A stretch of DNA of 64,000 bases, taken from positions 17,112,001-17,176,000 of the forward strand of contig OZ024761.1 in the NCBI GenBank assembly GCA_964016885.1, in the 5' to 3' direction. The stretch comes from Eledone cirrhosa. Lineage: Eukaryota. Below the pieces are notes generated by a model. That model made no database searches and was not told the origin of the DNA. It saw only the letters and a list, made by a program, of their open reading frames with translations. A program made the position numbers and the translations under genes. The stretch's first letter is position 1. Each line of letters starts with the position of its first letter. This document shows, one piece after another, positions 1 through 12,954 of the stretch.

Positions 1-640
1 GAGAATCTTGGTAAAATATAGAGGAATCTTGGTAAAATATAGGTAGGTGTATCTTAGTAAAATATAGGAGAATCTTGGTAAAATATAGGAGAATCTTGGT
101 AAAATATAGGGGAATCTTGGTAAAATATAGGTAGGTGTATCTTAGTAAAATATAGGAGGATCTTGGTAAAATATAGGAGAATCTTGGTAAAATATAGGGG
201 AATCTTGGTAAAATATAGAGGAATCTTGGTAAAATATAGGTGTATCTTGGTAAAATATAGGGGAATCTTGGTAAAATATAGGGGAATCTTGGTAAAATAT
301 AGGGGAATCTTGGTAAAATATAGGGGAATCTTGGTAAAATATAGAGGAATCTTGGTAAAATATAGGGGAATCTTGGTAAAATATAGGGGAATCTTGGTAA
401 AATATAGGAGTATCTTGGTAAAATATAGGGGAATCTTGGTAAAATATAGGGGAATCTTGGTAAAATATAGGAGTATCTTGGTAAAATATAGGGGAATCTT
501 GGTAAAATATAGAGGAATCTTGGTAAAATATAGAGGAATCTTGGTAAAATATAGGGGAATCTTGGTAAAATATAGAGGAATCTTGGTAAAATATAGGGGA
601 ATCTTGGTAAAATATAGGGGAATCTTGGTAAAATATAGGT
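1..640. repeat. 21-bp minisatellite (atcttggtaaaatatagggga)
   Basis: Direct inspection; 7-aa periodic ORFs. Confidence 0.97.
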
Positions 641-649
641 GTTACATAC

Positions 650-749
650 CATAAAACCACTGGAATGAAATTATCTCGAAGAACCCAATAATGATCAGAG
701 GAAGGCCAACCACGGAATTGTCAATCAGGTTTAACCAGTACAGGCCAGA
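650..749 (-). CDS. SLC6 exon: TM10 (SGLYWLNLIDNSVVGLPLIIIGFFEIISFQWFY)
   Basis: 100 nt, cag/gtatgt; G.Y...L.D and E....W.YG motifs. Confidence 0.94.
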
Positions 750-861
750 CTGGAGCAGATACAGAAAATAAGACAGAGATAGATAGATAGATTGGGAGAG
801 AGTGGGTGAGAGGAGAGAGAGAGGGGGAAATGTAGATTTATAGCTACATACATTTTCAATG

Positions 862-1092
862 GGACTACTACTACTACTAAGGTGATAATGATGATGATGA
901 TAATGATGATTATGATGTTGATGATAGTAATGATGGTGTTGATGGTAATGGTGATGATGGTGATTATGATGGTAATGATGATGACGATGGTGGTAATGAT
1001 GACGATGGTGATGATGGTGATGGTGGTGATGGTGATGAAAATGATAGTGATGATGATGGTGATGGCAATACTGGTAATGATGGTGGTGGTGG

Positions 1093-1142
<50 letters not shown>

Positions 1143-1200
1143 GTAGTGGATGATGATGGTAATGATATTGATGATGATAGTGATAGTGACAATGGAGGTA
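862..1200. repeat. (ATG/GTG)n low-complexity microsatellite
   Basis: Direct inspection. Confidence 0.95.
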
Positions 1201-1216
1201 TCAATGGTTATCTCAC

Positions 1217-1354
1217 CCTGGTCACCATAATCAAACCACATGCGTAAGAAAGAAGGATGACACAACTTCGTAATATCATGGAGTTCCTGAACTTGAGTAA
1301 AGTCTCAGAATATTCATCAGTGATTCCAGTGAAGATATTTTCACAGAGGGAGAA
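1217..1354 (-). CDS. SLC6 exon: end of TM8 and TM9 (FSLCENIFTGITDEY...ILLSYACGLIMVTR)
   Basis: 138 nt, phase 0-0, cag/gtgag. Confidence 0.93.
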
Positions 1355-1379
1355 CTGAAAAGAGAAGATAGATGGCGGG

Positions 1380-1424
<45 letters not shown>

Positions 1425-1625
1425 AAAGTTTTATTTAAGATTGTTGGGTTACAACGAGTAAATATTTTATAACTGATATAAAAGCACTCAACAGTTTCTG
1501 GAGTAGGTTTACGATATTAAACAAATGGAAACTATATTTATAAAACCATATTTATGTCAATAATTGTCAATAATTATTTATGTCAATAATTGTCAATAAT
1601 TATTTATAAAACAGCTTATGTATTG

Positions 1626-1691
1626 TATTTTGTCTGAGGAAGGCATACCATAGTTTTAATATGATATCCCAGAAATATATATAACAAAATA
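1626..1691 (+). ncRNA. Type I hammerhead ribozyme, partly degenerate
   Basis: tattttgt CTGAGGA agg-c-atacca...tgatat-c-cca GAAA tatatat A acaaaata; stem I has a compensatory G-C. Confidence 0.7.
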
Positions 1692-1731
1692 AATATGGTT
1701 TTATAAATATAGTTTCCATTTGTTTAATATC

Positions 1732-1766
<35 letters not shown>

Positions 1767-2112
1767 CTTGATCACCTTGACCGACCAGTCTGTCGGGCGT
1801 CCATTCGGCGCCGCTGGTCACAGCTCGTCGTGTTGTTTTAGCCATAAGATAACGCCATCCCACCGGCTGGGCGGGCAGGCCCCGGTACTCATTTCTACAG
1901 CTGATACTGAACTTTACAGTGGAATGATAGGGACCCCAGTACCTATCATCTCATTTCTACAGCTGAGTAAACTGGAGCAATGTGAAATAAAGTGTCTTGC
2001 TCAAGGAAACAACACATCACCCGGTCCGAGAATTGAACTCACAACCTTTCGATTGCAAGCCCAATGCTCTAACCACTAAGCCATGTGCCTTCACAGGGTC
2101 GTTGGGGAATAT

Positions 2113-2862
2113 GTCATTTTTTATATTCCATGTGCCATTACCAACCTCAATTTTCTCTATAACCTTCGTTTTGTGTAGAAAATTACACTTTTCATATATA
2201 CTAACCTACGCAAATCCGGAAAATGGCACTGGAACAAGACAACACCACTTCAAATCAACATTTGAAAAGATGGCTTTTGCAGACCCATCGAAACCGGTCA
2301 TTTTTTATATTCCATGTGCCATTACCAACCTCAATTTTCTCTATAACCTTCGTTTTGTGTAGAAAATTACACTTTTCATATATACTAACCTACGCAAATC
2401 CGGAAAATGGCACTGGAACAAGACAACACCACTTCAAATCAACATTTGAAAAGATGGCTTTTGCAGACCCATCGAAACCGGTCATTTTTTATATTCCATG
2501 TGCTATTACCAACCTCAATTTTCTCTATAACCTTCGTTTTGTGTAGAAAATTACACTTTTCATATATACTAACCTACGCAAATCCGGAAAATGGCACTGG
2601 AACAAGACAACACCACTTCAAATCAACATTTGAAAAGATGGCTTTTGCAGACCCATCGAAACCGGTCATTTTTTATATTCCATGTGCCATTACCAACCTC
2701 AATTTTCTCTATAACCTTCGTTTTGTGTAGAAAATTACACTTTTCATATATACTAACCTACGCAAATCCGGAAAATGGCACTGGAACAAGACAACACCAC
2801 TTCAAATCAACATTTGAAAAGATGGCTTTTGCAGACCCATCGAAACCGGTCATTTTTTATAC
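2113..2862. repeat. 184-bp tandem repeat, ~4 copies
   Basis: Identical ORF starts at 2223, 2407, 2591, 2775. Confidence 0.95.
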
Positions 2863-2956
2863 CCTTTATTATTTCCTTACCTTATAAAATTATGTTTTTT
2901 CACAAAAAAGTATTCTGTCTCTTATATATTCCATGTGCCATTACCAACCTCAATTT

Positions 2957-3040
<84 letters not shown>

Positions 3041-3090
3041 ATTTTGTTTATCGTGAACTTGTGCGCCGATTTTCCGATACTCGATTATTC

Positions 3091-3134
<44 letters not shown>

Positions 3135-3357
3135 AAAAAAAATATGGGTCGGTCAACTTTCGTCGAACCGGACCGAGGAAACAATGTTTCCGTTGGTCTT
3201 TCCAGTTGCTTGTACTATCTATCGGCCGCAACTCCAAGTAGAAATATATATATATATATCCAGGGGGTGTAACTTGGAGTTACTGCAGGTTCACCCGGTA
3301 GAGCACTCGATGTTTTGGTTCATTTTTGTGATGAGGTGTAGAGCTATACAGAGTGTA

Positions 3358-3596
3358 ATATATTGAAAGGATAACAAGGAGGATTGATTACTCCTTCATT
3401 GCATTTATTGGTAGGTGACGCGCGTTTCGCCACTGATGCTATAAGCATTTTAAGAGGGTCCGTCGAGCTGCCGATTATTGAGTCGGGTAAGATCAATACA
3501 GATCGAACCTTGAGCTGATCAGTGGCGAAACGCGCGTCACCTACCAATAAATGCAATGAAGGAGTAACCAATCGTCCTTGTTATCCTTTCAATATA
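3358..3596. repeat. Inverted repeat, ~80-bp arms
   Basis: 3358-3438 pairs with 3518-3596; contains GAAACGCGCGTC. Confidence 0.85.
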
Positions 3597-4439
3597 TATA
3601 TATACGACCATGACTTCTGGCGTCACGCAGTAATACAGAGTACCCGACCTCCCATGGGTACAAGCTGAAACATATAGACAATATGCCCCCACTCCCCCCA
3701 CCGCAAGGTGGTCGTGGAGGTGCCACGGCAAAAAAGCACCCAGCACTCACTGTAAATGAGGTTGGTGTTAGGAAGGGCATCCAGCTGTAGAAATCAAGCC
3801 AAATCAGTTCCTGTATGAGCAAGACATGGTCAGCCGACCAGACACTGCCCACAACAGGACAACCCGTCTAACCCATGCTAGCGTGGAAGAACGGACGTAA
3901 AACGGTGATGATGAAGGTGTGGTAAGAAACTGGATGTACCATAACATGCCAGTATAGTTGATACTTAGGGTAGTAGAGTGGCTAATAGGATCTAGCTGTC
4001 GAAACGGCTGGAGCTCAGCCATCGAGATTCTGACTCTTTTCCTATATATAAATTGGAGTGAAAGCAACTGGTGCGTGTGTTTCTTATTGGCAACATGACC
4101 CTCCCAAAGCATAACAATATCGGTTTCAACACACATTTTCAGATAAAGAATCTTGCTAAACAAATTCAGAAACGAAATATATATATAAAAACATATATAT
4201 ACAGTGTAAGCCCGCCATTCACGGTCCAGGCGTTCGCAGTCCTGGTTATTCACAGAATTTTTCTTAGAACCTAACTAAAAATTGTTCATGCAAACGACCG
4301 CATATTCGCAGAATCGTAAATATCTTCCATGATTTTTTTTATGGCTTTTTTCGGGGCAATAAATATTTTGCAACATTGTTGTTCATATACATGCAGCATA
4401 CAGTCTGCCTTTTATTTTGAAGAAAAAAACTTTTTCAGT

Positions 4440-4800
4440 TAGCTGCAGTTGTAGCTCCCTGAACTTTCTCCAACCCAAACTCACACTGCTAACTATGGTT
4501 TTGGAACACCCTCCTCCACTGCTGATTTGGTCCATCCAGGTAACAGAAACTATTTACCACTTCTAAAGAGCCCTGTGGGCATTTGAAGGAGATAGTATCC
4601 TGAGAGCTTTTGCTACTTCCCCTGTGCACTGGCCACATGTAAAAACCTACGTTCCTTATTAGCCTGCCTGAGATCCCACTGCATCTCTTGTGTACCCTTA
4701 GTTTGCATGTGGGACACAGGAGGGAATTTCCTGATTTGGTCAATATAGACCCATCCAACCCTTGCAAGCTGGGAAAGCAGACGTTAAACAATGATGATGA
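4440..4800 (-). mobile_element. RTE LINE fragment (PHD/FCYL region)
   Basis: CPTCKLRVHKRCSGISG...VVNSFCYL, similar to 29385-30113. Confidence 0.8.
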
Positions 4801-4945
4801 TGATGATGGAGTTAAAAATAAAAGATGAAATAGAAAGATAAAGAGTGAGAAGAGGAAAGATGGGAAAAATAAACTGAGAAAAAAACACACATGCGTATTC
4901 AGTCAGCCATTTTGGAGATATATATAAAGCGACTGCTTTACGTAG

Positions 4946-5018
<73 letters not shown>

Positions 5019-5157
5019 GAATTTCATATACATATCTATATACCTCCCTATGTTGGTAAGTTCATGTACATGCACTCACTCAAATCTCAACCTCATACAA
5101 CAGCCAGCCCTTTCACAGTCCAAAGTCCATCCTTCAAACCTTTGCACAAACAAACCT

Positions 5158-5191
<34 letters not shown>

Positions 5192-5225
5192 TTAAAAGAA
5201 TAGAGGTGTAACACACAAGTTATGA

Positions 5226-5600
5226 TATATTGGTAAACGGAAAAGAAAATGCTGACAAATTGTTCACAGTGAAAAATAGTTTAATTAGGAATAAGTGAGA
5301 ATTAGTAATAGTATTGGTTAGTATTCAGTTTTGGTTTTAAGTTTTACCGGTTGCGCATTTCTAATGCTTTTCAAAAATAATTTTGAGATAGAGCGTCCGT
5401 GATGTTTGCTCTAATCTGATCAGAGCAAACATCACGGACGCTCTATCTCAAAATTATTTTTGAAAAGCATTAGAAATGCGCAACCGGTAAAACTTAAAAC
5501 CAAAACTGAATACTAACCAATACTATTACTAATTCTCACTTATTCCTAATTAAACTATTTTTCACTGTGAACAATTTGTCAGCATTTTCTTTTCCGTTTC

Positions 5601-5607
<7 letters not shown>
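5226..5607. repeat. ~190-bp-arm near-perfect palindrome; related element at 62460-62890
   Basis: Arms are reverse complements around ~5416. Confidence 0.9.
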
Positions 5608-5645
<38 letters not shown>

Positions 5646-5803
5646 ACACACATATATATATATATACACACATATATGAATATATGTGTGTGTGTATGGC
5701 TGGGATATATTTGATATTAGGTATACTGGATGAAGGTTGACCTGCAGCTAAACAATACCAACAACAACAGACATATAGAAAGAGAACAAAATGGTTTTCT
5801 TAC

Positions 5804-5916
5804 CAAACTACTGGCTCCAAGTGACCACATCATTAGAAAAAACAATGCTGACCACAATGCAGCCAGAGGCATCTCGGCAAGACATTCAGGATATGCCACA
5901 AATGCTAAGCCAGGAC
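5804..5916 (-). CDS. SLC6 exon: EL4/TM8 ([38 protein letters not shown])
   Basis: 113 nt, cag/gtaag. Confidence 0.96.
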
Positions 5917-5965
5917 CTGTAATAGATAACGTATATATATATATATGTATATATATGTATATATA

Positions 5966-6013
<48 letters not shown>

Positions 6014-6505
6014 GGAGAGATGACCCCTTAGCCTTTGTCAAGGCAGAATTCTAGGAGAAGGAAAACTCTGATATAACACCTGCAACCCTGATGGAATCCA
6101 ATGATGTTGACTTGTTCTTCTTTTTGGTAAATATCATCTTGGTTAAGAGAGTGGGACTGGTTTTGTGCAGTGCCTTTGCTCACTATAAAAGCTTCACGGC
6201 ACAGGCATTGCTTTATATCTGGAGATCTCTCTGCACTTGTCATCACATGGTACCATGGGCCCAGGACTATGTGTCAATAATTGTCACAAGTATAGTGTTT
6301 GTACCAGAGTTTTCAAGTCGCTGGCTGGACTAAAATGTCACACTCGTTCAGCGCATCGGTAGGGGTTCTCCTACATGGATATAAAGTAGTGGCCGTACTC
6401 GAAAACGAGTTGGCAGCCAACATATATATATATATATATCATCCTCATCATCATCATCACCACACTACCACATTACACCACCTTACCATCCTATCAACAT
6501 CTAAC

Positions 6506-7855
6506 CAGAGGTTCTCAAACTTTTGGGGCCACCCCCTCACAGCCACGTAATATCCTCAGCGCCACCAAACCCTATTTCCAGAAAGACCTGCCAACACACA
6601 AATTGTAAATAATATATAAATAAAATCGTTAATTTATATATAATAAATAATTGTTTCTACTTTTTGGCACAAGGCCAGCAATTACCCAGTACATTACTGG
6701 TACTTTATTTTATCGACCCCGTAAGGATGAAAGGCAAAGTTAACCTTAGCGGGATTTGAACTCAGAATGGCAAGGGCTGCAACTCTATGCGTCAAAGCAT
6801 GGCGTCCGACCCTCTACCGATACTGCCAATTCACCGCACGTATAATAAAAAATACAATTCGTTTTTGAATTTGTTTTACAAGATTTCTTATCTGAAATCG
6901 TGTGTTGAAACAGATATTTATACTTTGGGAGGGTCATGCTGCCAATAAAAACACATGCACCTGTTGGGCTTCACTTCAATTTATTATAAGTTTCCGGTTG
7001 TTTGGTTGGTTCGATAACCAGAAGGTTGTTTATATATTCATCATCATCATCATCATTTCATTTTACGTCCGCTTTTGCCTGCTTGCAAGGGTGGGACGGG
7101 AACTGATTCTGGCTTGATTTCTACAGCTGGATGCCCTTCCTAACACCAACCTCATTTACAGTGAGTGCTGGGTGCCTTTTTGCCGTGGCGCCTACACGTC
7201 CACTTTACAGTGAGTGCTGGGTGCTTTTTTGCCGTGGCGCCTACACATCCACTTTGCAGTGGAATGATAGGGAACCCAGTCCCTATCATCTCATTTGTAC
7301 AGCTGAGTAAACTGGAGCAATGTGAAATAAAGTGTCTTGCTCAAGGAAACAACACATCACCCGGTCTGAGAATTGAACTCACAACCTTTCGATTGCAAGG
7401 CCAATGCTCTAACCACTAAGCCATGTGCCTCCATTGTCAAATAATATAATATATACTATGTATAAATGAATATTATATATTTTTTATTTTACTATATTTA
7501 TATATAATATGTATCATTTGATATTTAACCCTTTAGCATTTACATTATTTTATATTTACTATCGTATTTTCATGGAAAAGGCTTTACCTCACATAATATC
7601 GAATCTATGAGATTTTGATGTTATTTATTTTGAGAACAATACCTTAACATCAGTATGAGTGGTCAGTTACGGCCAGTTTGAACAGAAAGAAGTGAGAGAA
7701 TTTTGGCTGGATATGGCCGGTTTAAATGCTAAAAGGTTAATGTATTATTATATCATCTCTACCCACCCCACTTCCCCCTTAGGCTTCATTGCCCCCTGGA
7801 CCTTCTCAATGCCACACGGAGGGGGGGGGGGTAGCGCCCACTTTGAGAACCTCTG
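6506..7855. mobile_element. hAT-like MITE expanded by nested insertions
   Basis: TIR cagaggttctcaaa / tttgagaacctctg; near-TSD catctaac/atctatac. Confidence 0.65.
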
Positions 7856-7880
7856 ATCTATACAGAGTAGTAATACATAC

Positions 7881-8005
7881 CATCATCCACAACTTGATCT
7901 AGTGGTACTCCTTTCTTGTGCGCCATAAAACCCAGCACTGAGAAAATGGCAAACCCAGCAAAGAAACTTGTGAGGCAATTGATGAAGGGCAGTAGAATAC
8001 TGTCT
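7881..8005 (-). CDS. SLC6 exon: TM7 ([42 protein letters not shown])
   Basis: 125 nt, cag/gtatgt, conserved N..TS..AGF.IFS.LG. Confidence 0.96.
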
Positions 8006-8033
8006 CTGTTGGGAGAGAAGATATTTAATTAAT

Positions 8034-8244
8034 TTAACCCTTTAGCATTTACATTACTCTATATATACTATTATATTTTCATTGTAAAGGCCTTACCTCA
8101 CATAATTATCTCAGATAATATCGAATCTATGAGATTTTGATATTATTCATTTTGAGAACAATACCTTAACATCAGTATGAGCGGCTGATTACAACCGGTT
8201 AGAACAGAAAGAGGATATGGTGAGTTTAAATGCTAAAGGGTTAA
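8034..8244. mobile_element. TTAA-flanked (piggyBac-type) MITE; copies at 7526-7740, 13989-14187, 32544-32944, 48429-48735
   Basis: ttaaccctttagcattta...taaatgctaaagggttaa termini and shared interior. Confidence 0.8.
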
Positions 8245-8599
8245 ACCTTTCGTTAACCTTCTTCTTCTTCTTCTTCATAGCCCACTTATTTTTGAGAGGG
8301 TTGTTGGGGCAGAATCTGCAAACAACTCCTTCCAGTGGGTGCTGTCAGAAGCAACTGTTTCCAACGGTTACCCTATGTTGATAATTGTGGTTTAGTGGTT
8401 CGAGTGTTGGGCTCTGATTCATGAGATTGTGAGTTTGATTCCTGGACTGAGTGATATGTTGTGCCCTTGAGCAAGACATTTCATTTTACGTTGTTCCAGT
8501 CCACTCAACTGTAGAAATGAGTGGCAGCGTCATTGCTGCCAAGTTGTATCAGCCTTTGCTTTTCCCTTGGACAACATCATATATTGTATATCTATCTAT

Positions 8600-8848
8600 C
8601 TAAGGCGGGTAAAATTCCCGAGATCCATGGACGAGTTCTCTCCAGCGGTCTCTGTCCCTCATTATCGCTGCCATGTCCTGCGTCTCCAACAGACCAGTGT
8701 CTGTCCTTAGGGCATCAACATACGTTAACCTTGGTCTTCCTCTTCTAGTGTGTCCATGTAGGGGCTCCCAAAGGAGCACTGAGTGCAATGTCAACTCTGG
8801 ATGTCGGTGAGCATGTCCAGCTAACCTCAGTCTCCTCTGTGTCACTGT
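8600..8848 (-). mobile_element. Second LINE family, 3' end
   Basis: RRLRLAGHAHRH...LLWEP.HG...RGRPRLTYVD; second copy at 61586. Confidence 0.85.
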
Positions 8849-9033
8849 GTATATATAGATCGGGAAAAAAGACGTGACTATTTTACGTAAGTGGCTTTGG
8901 TTTGAAAACAAAGCCAGTCATCTTTATATATACATATATACATATATATATATATACATATATACATATATATATATATACATATATACATATATATATA
9001 TCATCATCATTTTACGTCCACTTTCCCTTTGCA

Positions 9034-9064
<31 letters not shown>

Positions 9065-9979
9065 TACATACATACATACATACATACATATTTAAGATTG
9101 TATATCTGGGTACAAACACTTAATCTTATCTATTGATATAGCCTATTTTCTTCTCTTCCTTAGGACCTACTTTTCAATCCTTAAATATTTTGTAGCGCAA
9201 TACTCAGCTGTGTTATATTATCTCTCAGTACAGAATGTATCACTCTGAACATCTTGTACCACATGATACTACACTAGCAAGATTACATCACATTACAGTT
9301 TGTTGACTTTAGTTTAGTTTACTGCCAAATTTTCACAATTTTTCCACGAATATACTGTATATACTCAAATATATGCTGACCTCACTATTATATATATATA
9401 AGAATGAAAGGCTAAGTTAAGGGTTAAAGTACACATATGTGATCAAATAGAATATTGTGTAGAGCACCAGAACAAATACCGCAAACCAACCTACAACACC
9501 ATTCTACCATTCTACCATACAAGGTTCACAGGCTGACCAAGATACTCTCATGGAATGACCAAATGAGGCTTATTTTTCAACATAGACCCTGAAAACAACC
9601 AATGCAGTTATTAAAAGAAGAGCTGAAATTAATGTATGCACGATTTCGCAGCTCTAGCATCAATCCTTCACAGTCAGCTTATGAACTTTACAACTGACCC
9701 GCGTTTATATCAAATATTTTTGCATTTGGTGAAGGCACGTGGCTTAAAAGTTCATACGCTAACCAAGATACTCTCATGGAATGACCAAATGTGGTTTATT
9801 TTTCAACAGTGTCCCTGGAAATAAACAATGCAGTTATTAATAAGAAGAGTTGAAAATAATGTATGCAATATTTCACCATTCTAACATCTCTGCTTCATAG
9901 TCAACTTATGAACCTTTCAACCTATCCTCGCATTACCATTCTACCATTCTACCCAGATAAACTAAAGTAATGGAATTAC

Positions 9980-10083
9980 CGAAGAGTGTTGTTATGGAAT
10001 TTGTTGTAGCTGGACATTGTGATCAGACCGCCCATGCAGGTGCTGACTGAGAAAAATATCTGGACAGCTGCATCCACCCATAC
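9980..10083 (-). CDS. SLC6 exon: TM6 ([34 protein letters not shown])
   Basis: 104 nt, cag/gtaa, conserved TM6 motif. Confidence 0.96.
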
Positions 10084-11608
10084 CTGCAAAATATAATTAA
10101 ATGAATATATATATAAATAAATACACACACACACACATATATATGTATATATATGTATAAATATATTTATATTTTTAATTATCGTGTCTATAGTCTGCCT
10201 TTCATAGGTTATAGATTCCATACACTGGTGGTTTTTTCCCTGTATTATTGATAACGCACTATATATCTCTCTCTGGTGTGTTACCTTCTCAACATATTAT
10301 ATTCTAAAGGGCTCAGGATCTCTTCCCCTTTGAGCACATTATTTACAGGGAATAACGACGGCCTATGCCTCCGTTAATTTATCGTGATATGTATAAATAT
10401 ATATATGTGTGGCCGTGTCTTGCTCATACAGTACTGTTTCTGGCTTATTTTCTATGGCCGGATGCCCTTCCTAATGCCAACCGCATTTACAGTGTGTGCT
10501 GAGTGCTTTTGTCAAGACACCTACACGACCACTTTACAGTGTGTGCTGGGTGCTTTTGTCAAGACACCTACACAACCACTTTACAGTGTGGACTGGGTGC
10601 TTTTGTCAAGACACCTACACAACCACTTTACAGTGGGGATTGGGTGTTTATTGTCGTGACACCTACACAACCACTTCATAGTAAGGGCTGGACACTTATT
10701 GTTGAGGCTTCAGGGGGACAACTTTATGGTGAGGGTTGGGGACTTGGATGGGGTGGGGCAGAAAGCTAGAAATTGGGGACATAGGTATAGGTATAAGGGT
10801 GGGATGATTACAGTAAGGGAGGTGTATGGAAAGGAAGATGGTCAGGGAAGGTGTTGCCTACTAGATATATGCCTCAATTCAAGCATATGGAATGGCGCGT
10901 GTTCTGTATATATATATATATCTTTATATTTTTATATATATAAAAGCGAGGATGTGTGTGTCTGTGTACAACTTTGCATACTTAAGGCTTTTACAATTAC
11001 CAACTGAATTTGACCAAATTTTCTGTGCACGTTGCACAGGTCGCTAAGATTGTCACATCACAAACATTTTTCAAATCGACACACGTTGAGCAATAAAAAA
11101 TCGATATCAAAATTATCGGTAGAAAAATTGATGTAAGGGAGATAACAAACTTTATTGGCAATCCTTCTAAAAAAGGGAGATAACCAACTTTTCAGAAATA
11201 TAAACATCACATTCATTTGAAGATAAATCACTAATATTATCGTTTGTTTCTATTTATTCTTTGTTGCACTTTCAAAGTTAAAAAAACACTTGTTGTTTTA
11301 ACTTGTTTCACTATATTAAGTGTTAATTTTCGCGTTAAGGGCCTAATCTCGCAGCAGTCTATATATATTTTAAAACTTTCATAAGCCATGTTGATACAAA
11401 AAAAAATTTGTTGCACTTTCAAAGTTAACTGTAACACTTCAATTCATACATTTTGACTTGACAACTTTTCACCAAATATGCCCCATAAAAGAAAGTATGC
11501 ACATATTGGCGATCGGTCGAAGAAAACAATGCGTGTAAATGACGCTCCACCGATAACCGAAAATAGACAATCACTAAATGCGGTGAGTACAGTTATTGCA
11601 ACATCTAT

Positions 11609-11675
11609 ATATATTTTATCTGATGAGAGCGTACTAAGGTTTTGGTACCCTTGAAATATATATAATAGAATAAAT
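11609..11675 (+). ncRNA. Type I hammerhead ribozyme
   Basis: CTGATGA 11620-26, stem II gag-c-gtacta/tggtac-c-ctt, GAAA tatatat A, stem I pairs with one G-U and one mismatch. Confidence 0.8.
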
Positions 11676-11843
11676 ATGGTTTTATAAATATAGTTTCCAT
11701 TTATTAATATCATTGATATATACATATATATATACATACATACTTTTATATACATATACATACGCATACATAATGCATACAGACATATACACACATCCAC
11801 AAGCATCTAAACAGTGACGCTAGATATTACTGAAGCATTTTAC

Positions 11844-11978
11844 CTGGGCATGTTGTAGTTTTGACACATCTGGTCGAAGGTAGAAGTAGATACCATTTAG
11901 AGAACCTTCTAAAGTAGCACCTTTGGCAATGAGACAAGCCAATAAAATGTATGGAAAGAGAGAAGTGAAATAAGCAAC
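11844..11978 (-). CDS. SLC6 exon: TM5 (VAYFTSLFPYILLACLIAKGATLEGSLNGIYFYLRPDVSKLQHAQ)
   Basis: 135 nt, phase 0-0, cag/gtaa. Confidence 0.96.
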
Positions 11979-12821
11979 CTGGAAACATATGGAAGCAGAG
12001 AAGTGACATAAATAACTTGGAAATACTGTATATGGATGTAGGGAAGCAGAGAACTTGATAAAAAACACAAAGTATTTGTTTTGCAAGTTTTCTTATCTGA
12101 AAACGTGTGCTGAAAGAGATATTCTTATACTCTGGGAGGGTCATGCTGCCAATAAAAACACATGCACCAGTTAGCTTTCACTTCAATTTATTATAAACTT
12201 TTAGTTGATTAGTTTAATAATGGGATGGTTGTTTATTTTTTTTTTTGTCAAAGTTCTTTTGTAACACATTCTGTGACCTCCTCAATGACTAATTTGTTAT
12301 TTTGTGTCTATCCTTTGTTCTGTTCTACACCATCTTGTTTTTGTGAGCTGTGTGCTGTGTACTTGGGTAGTGCATGAGTTATATCCGGGTGTGTGTGTGT
12401 TTTTATTTATGTTTATTTACTTGTTACTAGTTGGTTGCTTGTTCTATATGTGTGTGTTTTGTTTGTTTTAATTGTTTGATTCTTGCGCGTCACAGTATGT
12501 CTTTATTTTGTCCTTAAATTAAACTAGTTATGGTGTTGCTATTTCACTCATGTTTTGTTTAGTTTTGGTTGGAGTTCATTTATATTTATTGCTTCAGTAA
12601 TCTACAAAACAGCGTGAGTTATGTAATAAATATCTGATAAGTTTCAGATTGCCAGTCTAAGGCGGTAGAAATATATACAGGGCAAAGGTTGATAAATAAA
12701 ACAAAACAAAGTAATGTTTTTATTATCCAGTATATTTCAACATAATATTTCAGGGTTAATATCCTCATTTCAAAAAAAAAAAAAAAAGAAGATAAATGAA
12801 GAAAAGTAAGGCCATACTGAC

Positions 12822-12954
12822 CTTTCCAAGGGATTTGATTCCTTTTAGGAGGACAAAGAAGACAATGAACCAAGCTAGAAGTAGGCAAAGGCTGAGATCC
12901 CATTCCAGTGAGGCCAACTCATAGATACTGTTGGTCATCTTCAGAACTCGATTG
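12822..12954 (-). CDS. SLC6 exon: TM4 (NRVLKMTNSIYELASLEWDLSLCLLLAWFIVFFVLLKGIKSLGK)
   Basis: Manual translation, typical L.CL..AW....F....KGIKS.GK; aag/gtcagt boundaries. Confidence 0.94.

Noticed and set aside
142-1265. Periodic, poly-His, poly-Ile and poly-Met ORFs
   Set aside because: Mini- and microsatellite translations; only 650-749 and 1217-1354 are exonic
2113-2862. Repeated 107-aa ORFs
   Set aside because: Products of a 184-bp intronic tandem repeat with no recognisable domain
3960-4050. Hammerhead-like gtcGAAACggc motif, also at 55625-55685 on the minus strand
   Set aside because: No CUGANGA core in either copy
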